From Vicugna vicugna (taxonomy: Eukaryota), in assembly GCA_013265495.1 (NCBI GenBank), contig MU061579.1, forward strand, positions 1,733,319-1,797,318: 64,000 bases of DNA, in the 5' to 3' direction. Shown one piece after another: positions 39,670 to 52,800 of this stretch. Position 1 is the stretch's first letter, and each line of letters begins with the position of its first letter. The position numbers were made by a program, and so were the translations under genes. The notes below the pieces were generated by a model. The model saw only the letters and a program-made list of their open reading frames with translations. It was not told the origin of the DNA and ran no database searches.

Positions 39670-40129
39670 ACCAGCAAAGATGGAGAATAAAGACCTACCC
39701 AAGACCAGGGATCTATGCTAGAATGCACACCTCTGTCTCCTTGGGGCCGTCTTACTTCTCACAGGGGCACACCTGAAGTGCAGAGGCCAGCCGTGTACGT
39801 GGCATACGGAGTCCATCAAGTGTAAGAGAATGAAGACAGGTTCACTCTTTACCATGTATCATTCAGGGGCGGGGGGTGGGGATACGTGTCAGCACGTGAA
39901 GATCCACGTTATTACCATGTAAGAAGTTTCTCACTCTGCATCGTTAAATAATCAGGTCCAACTTCTTGTAGCTTTAACGGGTCTCTCTTGAAATATTTAT
40001 ATGTCAGGCTTGGCCATCCATGACCAACCTCAGCCTGTGTGGTCTGGTCCGATTTTTGTTTTTTGTTGGTTTTTTTTTTTTCTTCTGACCTGATACCATC
40101 CTCTCTCAAATAGTTTAGCAATAAAGCTT

Positions 40130-41020
40130 TATGACTATTCTTCAAGCACACAGCAGTTTTTCCTGCATTAGAGCTTTTACCCAAGCAATTTTCTATACCC
40201 AAAGTCAACTGCTCTTCCCCCCGATGCCTTTCATAGTGGTGATCCCTAACTTTTTCCTACCTGGATAACTCACACTTACTTTTCAGGAAACGTTTCTTCA
40301 GGGCAGTATTTTCTCGTCACCACTCTCTCCCACTAGTCTAGATTGATTTTTTCTTTTTTCTGGCTTAGACTCTACCACTTTATAGGTCATCATATCCTGT
40401 ACATCATTGTCAGAAATAACAGAAGTAAAACCGATGAATCACAGAAGGAGCAATTAGTAAAAGTTTATTGTTCAGACAAAGAAAAGACAGTTTGTGAACT
40501 GGGAGAACTCAAACCAAAACACAGAATGAGGCTCAAGGATGTATTGGTGTAAAACAGCTTATATGGTGAGAGAGTAATGACTATTTGTCACAGTGATTGG
40601 TTATACTACTAGAATTTTCTTAAGTGATAGGGAATTGGTTAGTGGTTACCTCATATCATCCTTGGGAAAAGGTTTAGGTTTTGCCTGTGATTTCAGGAGG
40701 GATAAATAAGAAATGACTTAAGTCCACTCAGTCTTGCATAATAAGCTAAATTAAGCTTTACTTTTATGACTAAACCGATGTTTCTGCTAAGGGAATTTTC
40801 AAGGCTGGTCTTCATTTGCTTTTGATTTTAACAGCATACAGTTTTGGTTGGTTAATATTTTATTTCTGTCTCAATTTTGAGAAGGTAAGCCTGATGAAAG
40901 CAGGCACTATTCATTTTACTCATTTCCATACCCTTGGAACTAGAGACAGTGCCTGATACACAACAAGTATTCATTAAAATATCAGTTAATGGCCGCATAA
41001 ATGGATAAATGATGATTGAA
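40130..41020 (+). mobile_element. L2 3' end interrupted by an LTR
   Basis: CACCTGGATAACTC-like L2 body before the LTR; GTAAGCCTGATGAAAGCAGG and ACAGTGCCTGATACACAACAAGTATTCA tail after it. Confidence 0.7.
40408..40833 (-). mobile_element. ERV1-class solo LTR (MER90-like, family uncertain)
   Basis: TG...CA termini; near-perfect 4-bp target-site duplication TCAT/GCAT; TTTATT (minus-strand polyA signal) near 40464. Confidence 0.75.
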
Positions 41021-41035
41021 TGTTATTGTCTATAT

Positions 41036-41248
41036 CTGTCCCTTCCAATATAACTTTTTGTGATTTCAGAAATGTTGTATGCCTGAATTATCCAGTATGG
41101 AAGACGACAGACAGACGTGGCTGTTGAACACTCAAAATGTGGCTAGTGTGACTAAAAGAACTGGAATTTTAATTTTATTTAATTTTAATTAAATTTAATT
41201 TTAGATAGCTGCATATGCGGATAGTTGCTAACACATTGGGCAGTGTTA
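41036..41248 (+). mobile_element. MER3 (hAT-Charlie) DNA transposon
   Basis: TCCAATATAACTTT, GTGGCTGTTGAACACTCAAAATGTGGCTAGTGTGACT and AATTTTATTTAATTTTAATTAA. Confidence 0.88.
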
Positions 41249-42989
41249 AGTCTATGAGACAGAATTTGTAGAGGGATGTTTAATGAAAATGTGATTGAAA
41301 ATATTTGTAAGCAAGAGATACATTTGGAGGAATCATAAATCTTAGGCTGAGATTCATATATGGAAAAAAACTAAGGTTTTTGATCAGGGAACATGAGAAC
41401 ATAGAACACAGAGAGGACTCTGGTTCAGAACAGAACTCTTCTCTAACATATTAAAGTGCAAGTTTCTTGTACTTGTTAAACTAGAGACATAATGCAACCA
41501 GTATTTGAAAACAAATAAATTATGTTCTACCTTTTCAGAAAAATACAGAAAGACTAAATCTCATTAAATGTGTATCTCTTAAGTGTGAATATGATCCAGC
41601 TTCAGTCTTCTATTAAAGTTTTATGTAGTATCTATGAAGTCAACAAAAATGAAAAATTTGGATATATATTTAGTGTAATAATGACTATGTAAGCACTTTG
41701 CCCATGTTGGCTGCATAGTGAAATGAGATAGCCTATTGATTGTATTATTAGAAGATATTCATATTCAGATTTTATGATCAAAATTTTACAGTTTGAATAC
41801 TCTACATATGTTCATATATACTACACACATTTCATTGTGTTAGTTGATTTCCTTCTTATGATAAATTTCATTCATGACATGTATGTAAATTTGACCATTT
41901 TTATTAATTTCTTGAACTATTCTTATTAGAATAATATATAGCTGTCCTTTGTAATTGTATACTTATCATTTGAATAGAGAGACTATCAAAGGTTAAGAAT
42001 GGATGAGACATTGTTAATACCTATTTGTATATCCAAATATAAGCCAAATTGATATTTTCATGTAAATATGAATGTATTCTCATAAACTTGAAAATATCCT
42101 ACACTTTATCTGTAGAATCAGCTTTAAAAAAATATTTTTCTAACTCTAATTCTCTTGAGCCATACAAATGGTCCTAAGTTCTCTGAATGTTCTGTTCTGC
42201 TTGATTTGATTTTGTTTTTGTGGAGGCTAAACTCATATAATTCCATCTGAATTCAGAGTTACTACTTGAAAATTAAATTGCAGATTCCAGATAATATTTA
42301 TCCCAGATCTATGTTTCCTCTGCTTTGGGAGCAGTGATGATTTTATTCATTTCTGGTAAGGCAGTACAATCTTCGTTAAAGATGCTTTTGACTTATTTTT
42401 AATTTCAAGCCATGTAGTCACAAAACACTACCTCTAGTCACTTCATACCATCCTCATCACCCTAGAGATCTTCTCAAACACAATCCAATAAAAAATAAAC
42501 TCCACTATCTATAAAATGGCAAAAATATTTTATACTAAATATAACATTCTAAAATTAGACCAGTAATTTGTCTTAGAATCCACTTGTGGCCAAATGAAGC
42601 ATTTAACCATGTTCTTGGGTCCTATTTTCTTCTGAAGACAGACTTCTAGCTCTAGAATAATAACATATACATTTTCAATAGTATAGAGAAGAGTGAGGAG
42701 TATTCTGAAACCATCTCAGCCTCTCAGAGGGCATTTCGTCATAACTCTCTTCATTTCCCACGTGCACAAAAACGCAAATAAATAGCACCAAGATCTTTTC
42801 TCAAGGCAGGCAAGGAATACAACTCAGCAGTAAGGAGCCAACTCTGCTGTCCTTCCAGACATTCTCCCCCACTCACCTTTCCATTCCTGAACCATCACAG
42901 CAATGAGGGCTTTCCCTTGCACCAGGATGTTTTCCCACGTAGCCTCCCATGAAACGTTTACCACCTGAGCAGCACCTTCTGTCAGGGTC

Positions 42990-43570
42990 TATTTGTGCCC
43001 CACCTACCACACAGGATGAAGCCCATTTCAGCTGCCGGGGGTGATGAGCCAGTTCCATCTTACCACGTGTTTTCTCAGATCATTCCCAGTGCATCAGACT
43101 GCGATGCAAGTCTCTCACCTGTGGAAGGAGAGAGGTAAGGAAGAACGATTAGATAAGGAAAGTATTAGACTGCAGCAAGTTCCAAGAAAGGTGAGACCAG
43201 TCCAATGGGCTGTCCTTGGATGAAAGGTGCCTGTTGGAGGAATTCCACATCTCACATGAATAGGCTTTCCTTCTTTTTTTGAGGAGGGAAGTAATTAGGT
43301 TTATTTATTTATTTATTTATTAATAGCAGTACTGAGGAGTGAACCCTGGACCTTGTGCATGCTAAGCATGCACCCTCCTACTGAGCTATGACCTTCTCCC
43401 TTGAATAGACTTTCTTTATTACCCTGACATGCTCAGTTACTGGCTACGAGAACCCCACAGCAAGCATGGCCCTAGTGTAAACACAGTAGTGAATGCAAAG
43501 GGTACTTGAAGCTGCCAAACACATTCCTGCAAGAGCAAATCTGTGAAATGCATTTTCACAGCCTCCGCAC
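42990..43570 (-). mobile_element. ERVL-class LTR (LTR33-like), split by a SINE
   Basis: CAGACTGCGATGCAAGTCT, CCTGTGGAAGGAGAG, TGCTCAGTTACTGGCT and AAGCATGGCCCTAGTG. Confidence 0.7.
43270..43401 (-). mobile_element. tRNA-derived SINE (vic-1-like, camelid)
   Basis: Reverse strand shows A box TAGCTCAGTAGG, B-box-like GGTTCACTCC and an (AAAT)n tail; target-site duplication TGAATAGGCTTTC (43257) / TGAATAGACTTTC (43402). Confidence 0.9.
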
Positions 43571-43574
43571 TACT

Positions 43575-44520
43575 CTAACTGCAGTCTGTCCCAGTCACTC
43601 CACAAAAGCAACACTGGAGGTCACCTATAACTTCCATGTTCTTATAACCAATGGTTATTTTTCAGTCCTTCTCTTACTTTGCCATTCAGCCATGCATGGA
43701 CTAGTCCCAACTATTAGAGTCAGTTAGTTCCTTGAAAAGCTCTGTCTTTGACTTCATTGACACCACCCTTTTCTGAAGGCCCACCTTCCTCTCTGGTTGC
43801 TCAGCACATGTCTCATTTGCATGCTTATTTATCCTCTTCTGCTAAGCTACTAGATATTTTCAGTTTCCCAAACACAGGTCGATATGCTTTTTCTCATCAC
43901 ACTGTGTACTCCTTCCATGGTTTACCTCATTTATATTAAAGCCCTCAGTTTCTACTTAAATGCAGGTGACTCTCAAGTTTATATATACCCAGCTTAGATA
44001 TATCCCCTGAACTTTAGACTCAGATATCCAATTAGTTTTTGACATGTCACTGATGTTAAAACACATACCGAAGCCAATAAATAAAAACTAAATTCATGGA
44101 CTTCAGCCCCTTCAAAACTAGTAAGTTACTTCTTCCACAATAACCTGTTACAACAAATGGCATCACCATCCTTCCAGTAACATAAGCAATAAAACTCCAA
44201 GTTATCCTTGTCACATCCTTCTTTCTCACACCCTCATATCCATCTCTCACTCAGTGCTGTGTTATTTACCACATACGTGCCCTTAGAATCTGTCTACAGT
44301 CTTCTTCTCTTCACCTGGGTAATGTCGTTTAATTCCTCAGACCTCAGTACAAACATGATTAGCTCACAGAAGCCTTCTCTAATGTCCTAAACTAAATGAA
44401 AACTCACTAGTGAATCTTCAAAATACTCCTTACATATTCAATTAGACTGACTTTTATAATTAGTTGACTAACGTCTATCTTTCCCATTCTAAGCAAATAT
44501 CCATAAGCTCAGATAACCTG
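43575..44520 (+). mobile_element. L2 LINE, long fragment
   Basis: GGTGACTCTCAAGTTTATATATACCCAGC, CCCCTGAACTTTAGACTC and AAATGGCATCACCATCCTTCCAGT. Confidence 0.85.
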
Positions 44521-45663
44521 TCAGGATTTTCCTCATGTACCTAACATTTATCTTTAAGATATAACTGTTGAGATTTATAATGCTAAACCTGATCCTAAAG
44601 AAGCAAAATGTATTTATTAATATTCAATATTAAAAATCACCAAACTATATAAACAAACATATAAATATGACTGAAAAGTAAAATAATCTGTTTACCTTTA
44701 GTACATATTATGAAAACTTCAAAACTTTACATTTTCACTATGTTGGATGTTTCCTTTTGTATAATATGAAAATTGCACTGAATACAATAACTAAACCATA
44801 TGGATAAGACAAATGAGAACTTTTGTAAACTTTAATATACAGACATCAGCAATATTAAGTTGGTTAGCTATTTTGTGTGGGGTGGGGAGGGGAGATAGTC
44901 CATTTACACTGTAACCAGAATCAAATAGTTTTCTTTATTGTATTTAGGTGGTCCAATAAATACTTTGCTCTTGAGCGTAATACTAAATTATAGCTTAAGA
45001 AGGTCTGGGGCAATAGCTAGCTTCTCAGAAGCTTATTACAAGTTAACTAGAATAAGAGTCTTCAGAGCTACATCTAATCCCACAGCCTACAGTTTTGTCA
45101 CAGGATGCTAAGCTGGAGCTGCTCTGAGATAAAACACTCTTTCTTAGAGGTCCTTCTCCACCTTGTTGTAACACATAACGCTTATTTCCTCTGTCACTTC
45201 ATTCTCTATATGTCTCCTACTAGTTGTGTAGGAGGAGAAGATTGTCTGGGCTGGTATTTGGGGTGGAAATAGCTTCATGAGTTATTTGAGCCTGTAAAAG
45301 AAGCAAGGTTTCCTAAGAAAAGATAAATCAAACTTCACACGTATAGAAGCAATAATCTAAAGTGATGAAATAAGGACTGTTTTCCCCAAATATCTCCCCT
45401 TTCTTTTGAATGAGAGCAGCGTATCATTTTGCCATATTATTTTTCCCATTGAAATAGGAAATGCGTCAGTAATAGCAAGTACAGTTCAACTGGATTTCCC
45501 ACACTGCACCTGGAAATATGGTAGATCAGTTCTCACGAAAGGTGGGGGAATTGACAATACATATTTACAGTATTATTTAGTTTGTGAAGCCTCTAAACTC
45601 CCAAGATGGAAATTTTGTAACTATAACATACCAATGTAACAAATTGAAGAGTATTACATTCAG

Positions 45664-45796
45664 GTGGTTTTTAGGCAGGGAGGAGGCGTGAAGTAATTAT
45701 ATTTATTTACTTATTTTTAATGGTGGTACTGGGGATTGAACCCAGGACCCTGTGGATGCTAGGCATACACTCTACCACTGAGCTATGCCCTCCCTC
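45664..45796 (-). mobile_element. tRNA-derived SINE (vic-1-like, camelid)
   Basis: Reverse strand reads GGGAGGGCATAGCTCAGTGGTAGAGTG...GGGTTCAATCCCCAGTACC; 19-bp target-site duplication TGAAGAGTATTACATTCAG (45645) / TGAAAAGTATTACATTCAG (45797). Confidence 0.93.
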
Positions 45797-46405
45797 TGAA
45801 AAGTATTACATTCAGTCTAAAGAGGTATTTGGCAATATTTTGACAATAACAGGTTGCCTGAATTCAACTTTATTTTACTGATCTAAGTATGACAAGTTTT
45901 GTGTGTTCGGATGGACTGCCAATATATAATTATGGAAGATTTTGTGTCAACCAGAAACTTACTGATATGTGATTCTATTTTATATTATGAATTGAAAATC
46001 ACTTCTGCACAAGATCTTTTAGAGATAACTATAGCTTACCCTTCCTAAAGGGAACTACTTTCTTCATGGTCAGAAATGATCTCTCAGTAAATGACTTAAA
46101 TGATTGTATTCAGTCTTTACTAACCTGACTATCCTGCAGTATAAGATGCAGTTGACCTCTCCCTTCTAACTGAAAAACAACCAAGAGACTTTGGTTTCTA
46201 TGAACTGGCAGTCCCTTGATTTTCCTTTGGCACTACTTGGCCTCCATTGAAACTTGTTTTTCCCTGCCTGGTCCTTTTACGCAGGTTTCTCTCAGGATTC
46301 TGTGATCTGTGCTCTGTTCCATTATCACCTTTTGTGTTCTGCTTGAGCAATCAAATTTATTGTGATCTTTCTAAGTGCCTCTATATATTTATGACTTGAA
46401 AAGCC

Positions 46406-46918
46406 TGGATTAATCAGGATTCTCTAGAAAAACAGAATCAACAGAATTTATATAGATACGTAGAAAAATACATATATTATGAGGGATTGGCTCACACAAT
46501 TATGAAAGCAAAGAAATTCCACAATCTGTTTCCTGTAAGCTAGAGGCCCAGGAAAAGCTGTGGTGTAGTTCCAGTCTAAACCAGAAAACCTGAGGATCAA
46601 GGGAGCCAGTGATGTAAGTCCTAGTTCAAGTCTGAAGGCCTGAGAACAAGGAGTGCTGATGTACTGAGGCAAGACAAGATGCAGGACCCAGCCCAAGCAA
46701 TGAACAAATTAGCCCTTTCATCACCTTTTGGTTCTATTCAAGCCCTCAGTGGATTAGATGATTCCCATGCACATTGGTGAGGGAAATCTTTACTTAATCT
46801 GTCAATTCATATGCTAATCTTTCCTAGAAACACACACACACACATACACACAGAAATATGTCTTACCAGCTATTATACCTTAGTCTTGTCAAGTTGACAC
46901 ATAAAATTAACTATCGCA
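46406..46918 (-). mobile_element. ERVL solo LTR (MLT2D-like), full length
   Basis: CAGGATTCTCTAGAAAAACAGAA, GATTGGCTCACACAATTATG and GTCAAGTTGACACATAAAATTAACTATC. Confidence 0.93.
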
Positions 46919-47084
46919 AGCTATAGTACTACCTTAGTAATCATTTCAGAATATATAGATGTAAAATTAAATTTTTACATCTATATATTCCACTGCAGAT
47001 GATACCAGTTGTGCTTCAAGTTGACATAGGCAACATAGGCCCAATTTGAAAATATAATATTTTCAAAATATACTTTACATCCTA

Positions 47085-47532
47085 AAACATTTATTTTTAT
47101 TGAGATAGACTATATCTACAATAAAGTATACAAAAGTTACGTAAAAAGCTTGCTAAATTTTTGCTATGTACTTGATATAAATGCCTCAAAGATGAATATA
47201 CAACAGATTTCCAAATTCCTAAATGTGGATTTATGATCCTAAAGATTCCTAAAGGATCCTCCCTGTTCCTTCCCAGCCAGTACTCCTCAAGGAAGCCATT
47301 AGTTAGACTTCTGTCTACATATATAAGTTTTGTTTAATATTTTTAAACATGATATAGAAAGAACCCTATAATATATGTTCTTTTGAGCTTGATTTCTTTT
47401 GTTCATTATTGGACCAGAGATGCACCTGTATTGTTTTGTGTAGCAACACTTCATTCTTTTGTATTGCTAGATTCATTGTACAAATAGAACAGATTTTATA
47501 TATCCATTCTCCCATTGGTGGTCATTTGGTTT
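47085..47532 (-). mobile_element. Old L1 (L1MC/ME-like) 3' end
   Basis: TTTATTGAGATAGACTATATCTACAATAAA and TATCCATTCTCCCATTGGTGGTCATTTGGTT. Confidence 0.75.
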
Positions 47533-47537
47533 ATATA

Positions 47538-47805
47538 TGAGTTATCAGTTGCTGCGTAACAAATTTTCCTAAAACATAGCCACTTAAAACAACATTTGTT
47601 ATCTCACAGTGTCAGTGGGACAGGAATCCAGGAGTGGTTTAGATGCAGTTTGGCTCAGGTCTCTCATGAGCTTGCCATCAAGCTGTTAACCAGGACTTCA
47701 GTCATCTCAAGATTCACTGGGAACAAAGGACCCACATTCAAGTTCACTCATGCGGTAATTGGCCGACCTTGTTTTGTCACTAGCTGTTGGCTGGAGACTC
47801 CAGTT
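47538..47805 (-). mobile_element. MaLR LTR fragment (MLT1F/G/H-like)
   Basis: GTTGCTGCGTAACAAATT, CTTAAAACAACATTTGTTATCTCACAG and GGCTCAGGTCTCTCATGAG. Confidence 0.85.
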
Positions 47806-49759
47806 TTATATATTTCTTTCATCATGTCATACATAGATGTCTATAATTTTATCCGTTATTCCTTACTAGGTGCTATACAAATATCTTTACATTCTTTTTT
47901 CTTATCAGAAAGTTTTTAAGAAATGGATCTGCTCCCTGCTTGATTCTTCTATAGCCTCCTCTCTAATTTCTATCTTTCATGCTCAGTTATTCCAGTTACC
48001 TGAAGTTGTGAAGGCCCAGCCTATAACTTTCCTTGATATCATTTATTGCTTTTAGTGTTGTATTCTGTGTATAACAGATGCTCAGTATATTAATTTTGAA
48101 AAAAATAATAAATGGCCCTAAGACTTTGATATTTTCAACTCCTCTGTGATAATGACCATGAAATATGAACATCCCCCTCGTATATGCACCTCGTAATCAA
48201 GTAAATATGTGATTTGCTGTGACTAACAGCTTACCAGTTCTGATTTTCTGCCTTCCAATGACCAGGATCCCAAGACAGACCAAGTTAATCTAGTGCTTTA
48301 GTATAATGTCTAGTGTTTTAATACAGTTTTCAAGAAGTGTAAGTTAAATAAAGCTTGTAACTTTAGTGAATTTAATTACAAAGATGCATGGTTATTAACC
48401 TATTCAAAATGGTAAAACTCCAATAATTATTAAGTTGATGCTAATAAGTCAATTCAAACTCATTGTTCACTTTGATAGCATTTCAGACATTTTAAACTTC
48501 CTAAAACTTTCTGTATGCTCACTTTTCTTTTATACCACTAAGATCAGACTTGCCCATCTTAAAATATCATTTTCTGAAGAGAAATTTTAAAATTGAGAAA
48601 ATTCAGTGTGCTATTTCAGTAACGTAACTGTGGCAATAGAAAAACAAGTGACAATGAGATTATAGAGATTACCTGGCATAAAATATACTATTTGTATCCA
48701 ATGTGTATCAAGCAAACAAACAAAAGTTTATATAGTAGGATTTTCTATATAAACAAAGTTTTAAGATATATTTTTTCGTATAATTGTCACACAGAAAGGA
48801 AAAAAATACATAAGCAGAAATTATATTCCTAAATGTGAATCCTAGGGCCAAGTAAATTAAGTAAAACATCAATGATTATTATTGGATTAATACAGAAATG
48901 GTGACGTTATTTCTACAGGGATAAAGAAAGATTTTCATTGTTCTTTGCATATAGATAATATTTTACAAATCCCTTTTCTATTGTGTTTTTTAAAGAAGTT
49001 GATATTGTCAGTATACTTATAAATAAAGAATGTGTTATCCAAACAACCACAGTATTTCTACATATTTTAATATTAATTATGGTATAATTCCTACATAACG
49101 ATTTTCTTCTTACTCTCTAAGGGAACTCTTCTACTACTGTCATGTTAAAACTAGGTCCAAGTTTGTTAATTTAAATTTGAAGAGGTTTTAAAAATTCAAC
49201 AGTATTGAGTAGTGTGTGGCCTGAACACTAGGTTGATGCATCAGACATTGTTTACCTGATATAGAGATTAATACTTATTCATTTTTAGAAATATAAATAA
49301 TAGATATTTTAAAATAAATAAACAAATAATGTCACCTAAGACCAGGTGCTATAGAACATTATCAAACACCATTAGTAAGAGCCAACATTACTAACTGCAA
49401 ACTATTATTTTTTTAATTCATAAACTTTGTATATTGTATGACTCTCCTTTTAATCCACATATTCATAGAACTCTGCGTCATCTCACAATCAACTGCTTTT
49501 ACTGAAAGCTTTTTTCTTGCAGAATTTTTGCTGTCCTAGAGAAAATGTACTTCAACTACTCTAATCTCTTTACCTTCTTTATTTTATTTCCATATGGGGA
49601 GAATCAGAAATTTCAGTGAGAGAATTTTAGTGTATCATTCTGTGATGGCAAGACTAATTCCTTTCCCACATCAGATGAAACGATTTTTTTGAACAAAGTA
49701 GCTGGGTTACTAGCTCTGTGAAACTTCATTATCAAATCAGATGTGGAAGAGACATTCAA

Positions 49760-49885
49760 CAATATATAGACTGATATTTATTGTACATATAAGAAAACTG
49801 AGACCCAGAGATTTTAAATGATTCACTTTAAATCACAAGGTCAACCAGTGATAAAGCTGTGACTGGAATCCAAGACGAAACACTT
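49760..49885 (-). mobile_element. MIR fragment
   Basis: AAGAAAACTGAGACCCAGAGA, ATCACAAGG and GACTGGAATCCAAG. Confidence 0.7.
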
Positions 49886-52800
49886 CTTTTTAAGAATTCT
49901 CCCAGTACTTTTCCATTTGCTTACATGTGGAAAATTTTTGCTTTATTGCCTTGGCTATTCCTTTTTAAGCTGAAATATTTTACTAAATTTACATAAAGAT
50001 GAAGCATAGAACTGTAATTCAGGATAAGCTGTGGAGAACATCTAGTACAGTTTTCACAATGCCCTTTTGGTTTTTCAGTAATTTCAGTCAGACTTCCTTC
50101 AAAGAGCTCTAAGTGTTTGCAGGTGTGCTATACTACAGAGTCTTTCCAACTTAGATAGGGGAACCATTCACCCATGATAAAAAATATGAACTATTGCAAC
50201 TACTTTGTGTTGAGCATGATAATCTAACTAAATTTAAAATGAACATACCAGTACTTCTAATTCTAGATGTTTATCAGACTTGCAAAAAAGTATAATAAAA
50301 GAAACAGAAGTAGCTTATATATATGAGACTTATAAAATACAAATGAAATAAATTATAAAGTAGCATGGTACATTTGATAAATAGAATACTATACAATTAT
50401 TAAACACAAAGAAGCTGTTCTAAGTGCCAATTTCAAAAGACTGGATTTAAGTGAAAAAATGAAAAGTGTAGAATATGTATAGCATAATCTTATTTAAAAT
50501 TACAATGTATATAGTATGTTGTATTATGTATATATAAACTATATGTATATTTATCTATGTAAAGACTTTTGTAATGTTGGAAATAAGATTATCCTTATAG
50601 TTATCTCTGAATTAGGAAGTGGTTTGGGGACTAGAGGAAGTGAGATTCAAATTTTTAGCAGTTGTAGGTTCATAGCAAAATGAAGCAGAAACTACAGAGA
50701 GGACCCAGTTATTTCTGAGATTTAAATTTTAGCTTTTACTTTTTTAAAATGTATTAATTTACATTTTTACTATGTGCATAAAACTTTTTTCTTAAAATCT
50801 GGTTGAAAGATGAAAAAGTTTAAAAATATGATTAATGGGTATCAATTAAAATTCAACTAAAATGTATACAATTAAAGGGCACCAGCATCAATTAAAACAG
50901 AATCAATGCATATATCCTGTTTTGTTTGCTTTATGTATGATATTTGAATCATTATTTTTTGGTAAAAATTCACTGTATTGTCCTTATTTCTATTTCCTCT
51001 TCCTATTTGTTTCTACCTCTTATTATTTAAGTTTTACATGTACAAGCACAAAAACCCTTTGATTAAAAAAAAAATGAAGCAGATGTCACATAACTTCCCA
51101 GAGTAGTGATGATGGTGAAGGTAAGGGGGTGCATGGATTAGAATTAAATATCCCAATACATAAGTATTATGCTCAAAATGCGGGTTTGATGAGTTCCATT
51201 CAGCCGAGCTAACTTTTTAATGTAAACTTGCATTCACTTCTAAGATTCATTTCAAATACCACCCTCTCAGTGATGTGTGATCCATTACCTGTGGACAAAC
51301 TTTACTCACTGCTCTCTAATTCTCAGGGCATTTATAATCTCTATCAAAATGTGCTACTTATCTGCTGTTTCTTATTTTTTTTCCTCTGGCTATTTCCTAA
51401 GTGTAAGCTCAACTATATTTGAAGTTTTCTTCTTCAGTACAGAAATCAGGACTTATATAATTTTCCTCAATATTGTTAACATTACTATCTTGACTTCCAA
51501 AATCAACTCTTGTTTTCTGAGAATGTCATCTGTATTTCCTCTTGCCGATCTTCCTGCTTCCCTGTAACCTGTTATTACCTGTAGTCTAAATGGGAACTAC
51601 ACTTAACTTGCATGCTCTTCTCCTGTGGTCATCAGAATATATCGAAAGGTGGACATCTGTCTCAAGCTTTATGCATGGACAAGTACAGGTTTCAGCATGT
51701 AGCTGCACCCATGCCAAGTAAAGACCGCATCTAATGCTTTTGAACTGAATTTGTTAAACCTACAGAAATGGTAACCAAGAATTTAATGTTAAAAAAAAAA
51801 AAAGGCATTGGTGGGGGGGATAAAAAACACTTAAAAAGAAGGAGTTATAAGTAGAAAGAGAGGCTAATGATGGCTAACTATTCAGATATAGTACCTGAAA
51901 TTCCGAGGATTATCTTCCTCAGGCTTCTACCAACTTAGTTGATTGGTTTGCCCTTCAATTCTTTGAATTGCTCCAGTATCTTTCAAACTAATATCTTTTA
52001 TATTTCCTTCAGTAGTTTAAGTTAGATTTTTGTCACTCTGGCCAAATTTGTTCAGTAATGATGTTGCCTAATTCAGAACATACACTGCATGACAACAAAT
52101 GAATTTTCTTTCCTTTTTACTCTTTCATTCATCATAAATGATGTCCTATGAAAGAATACACATTCTTCAAATGCCATTAAAAGAAATCACTTGGAAATTT
52201 TTGGTGCATCAATTCAAGTGTAAGTTAGAAGTTATTGCCAAAAAAAAAAAGAAGTATTTTGACACATCGAGGAATTTGATTTGAGGCTATACATACTTTT
52301 TAACAAAGAAATTAATTGCAATACCCTCTTAACTAAAGAGGTTTTTTCCTAGGTAATTTAAAATATATTTTGATCCACTGTTAATATATTAACACAATAC
52401 TAGACCTGAAAAGTAATATCAAGTTATTTTTAGTTATACTTACTTTCTTTTTAAATGGAACTATTTTCAACAGATTTAGCATTATCAAATAGCAAAATTT
52501 ATCATAAATTAAGATAACTTTTTCTTTTCACTTCTGTTTTTCTCAAAGTTCTATAGCATGTCAATACATACATTTGAAATACTGTTTTTACATAATGGAC
52601 AAATTGTATTACATCTACCCTTTTGCCTAGCAGTATCTTTGAATCAATACCATAGTGATTCCTTCTAAGTAAACATAACTAAGTAGCAGTTTTTGAACAT
52701 TTTCCTTAACATACACACACACAAAATGATACACTAATTTGACTTTCTTTAATATCTTTCTGAAACATGATATAAACACGATATAAATATAGACCATAAT

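Noticed and set aside
45720..45796. tRNA gene (Ala-like A and B boxes)
   Set aside because: Followed by a SINE tail and flanked by a target-site duplication, so it is a tRNA-derived SINE. The same applies at 43270-43401.
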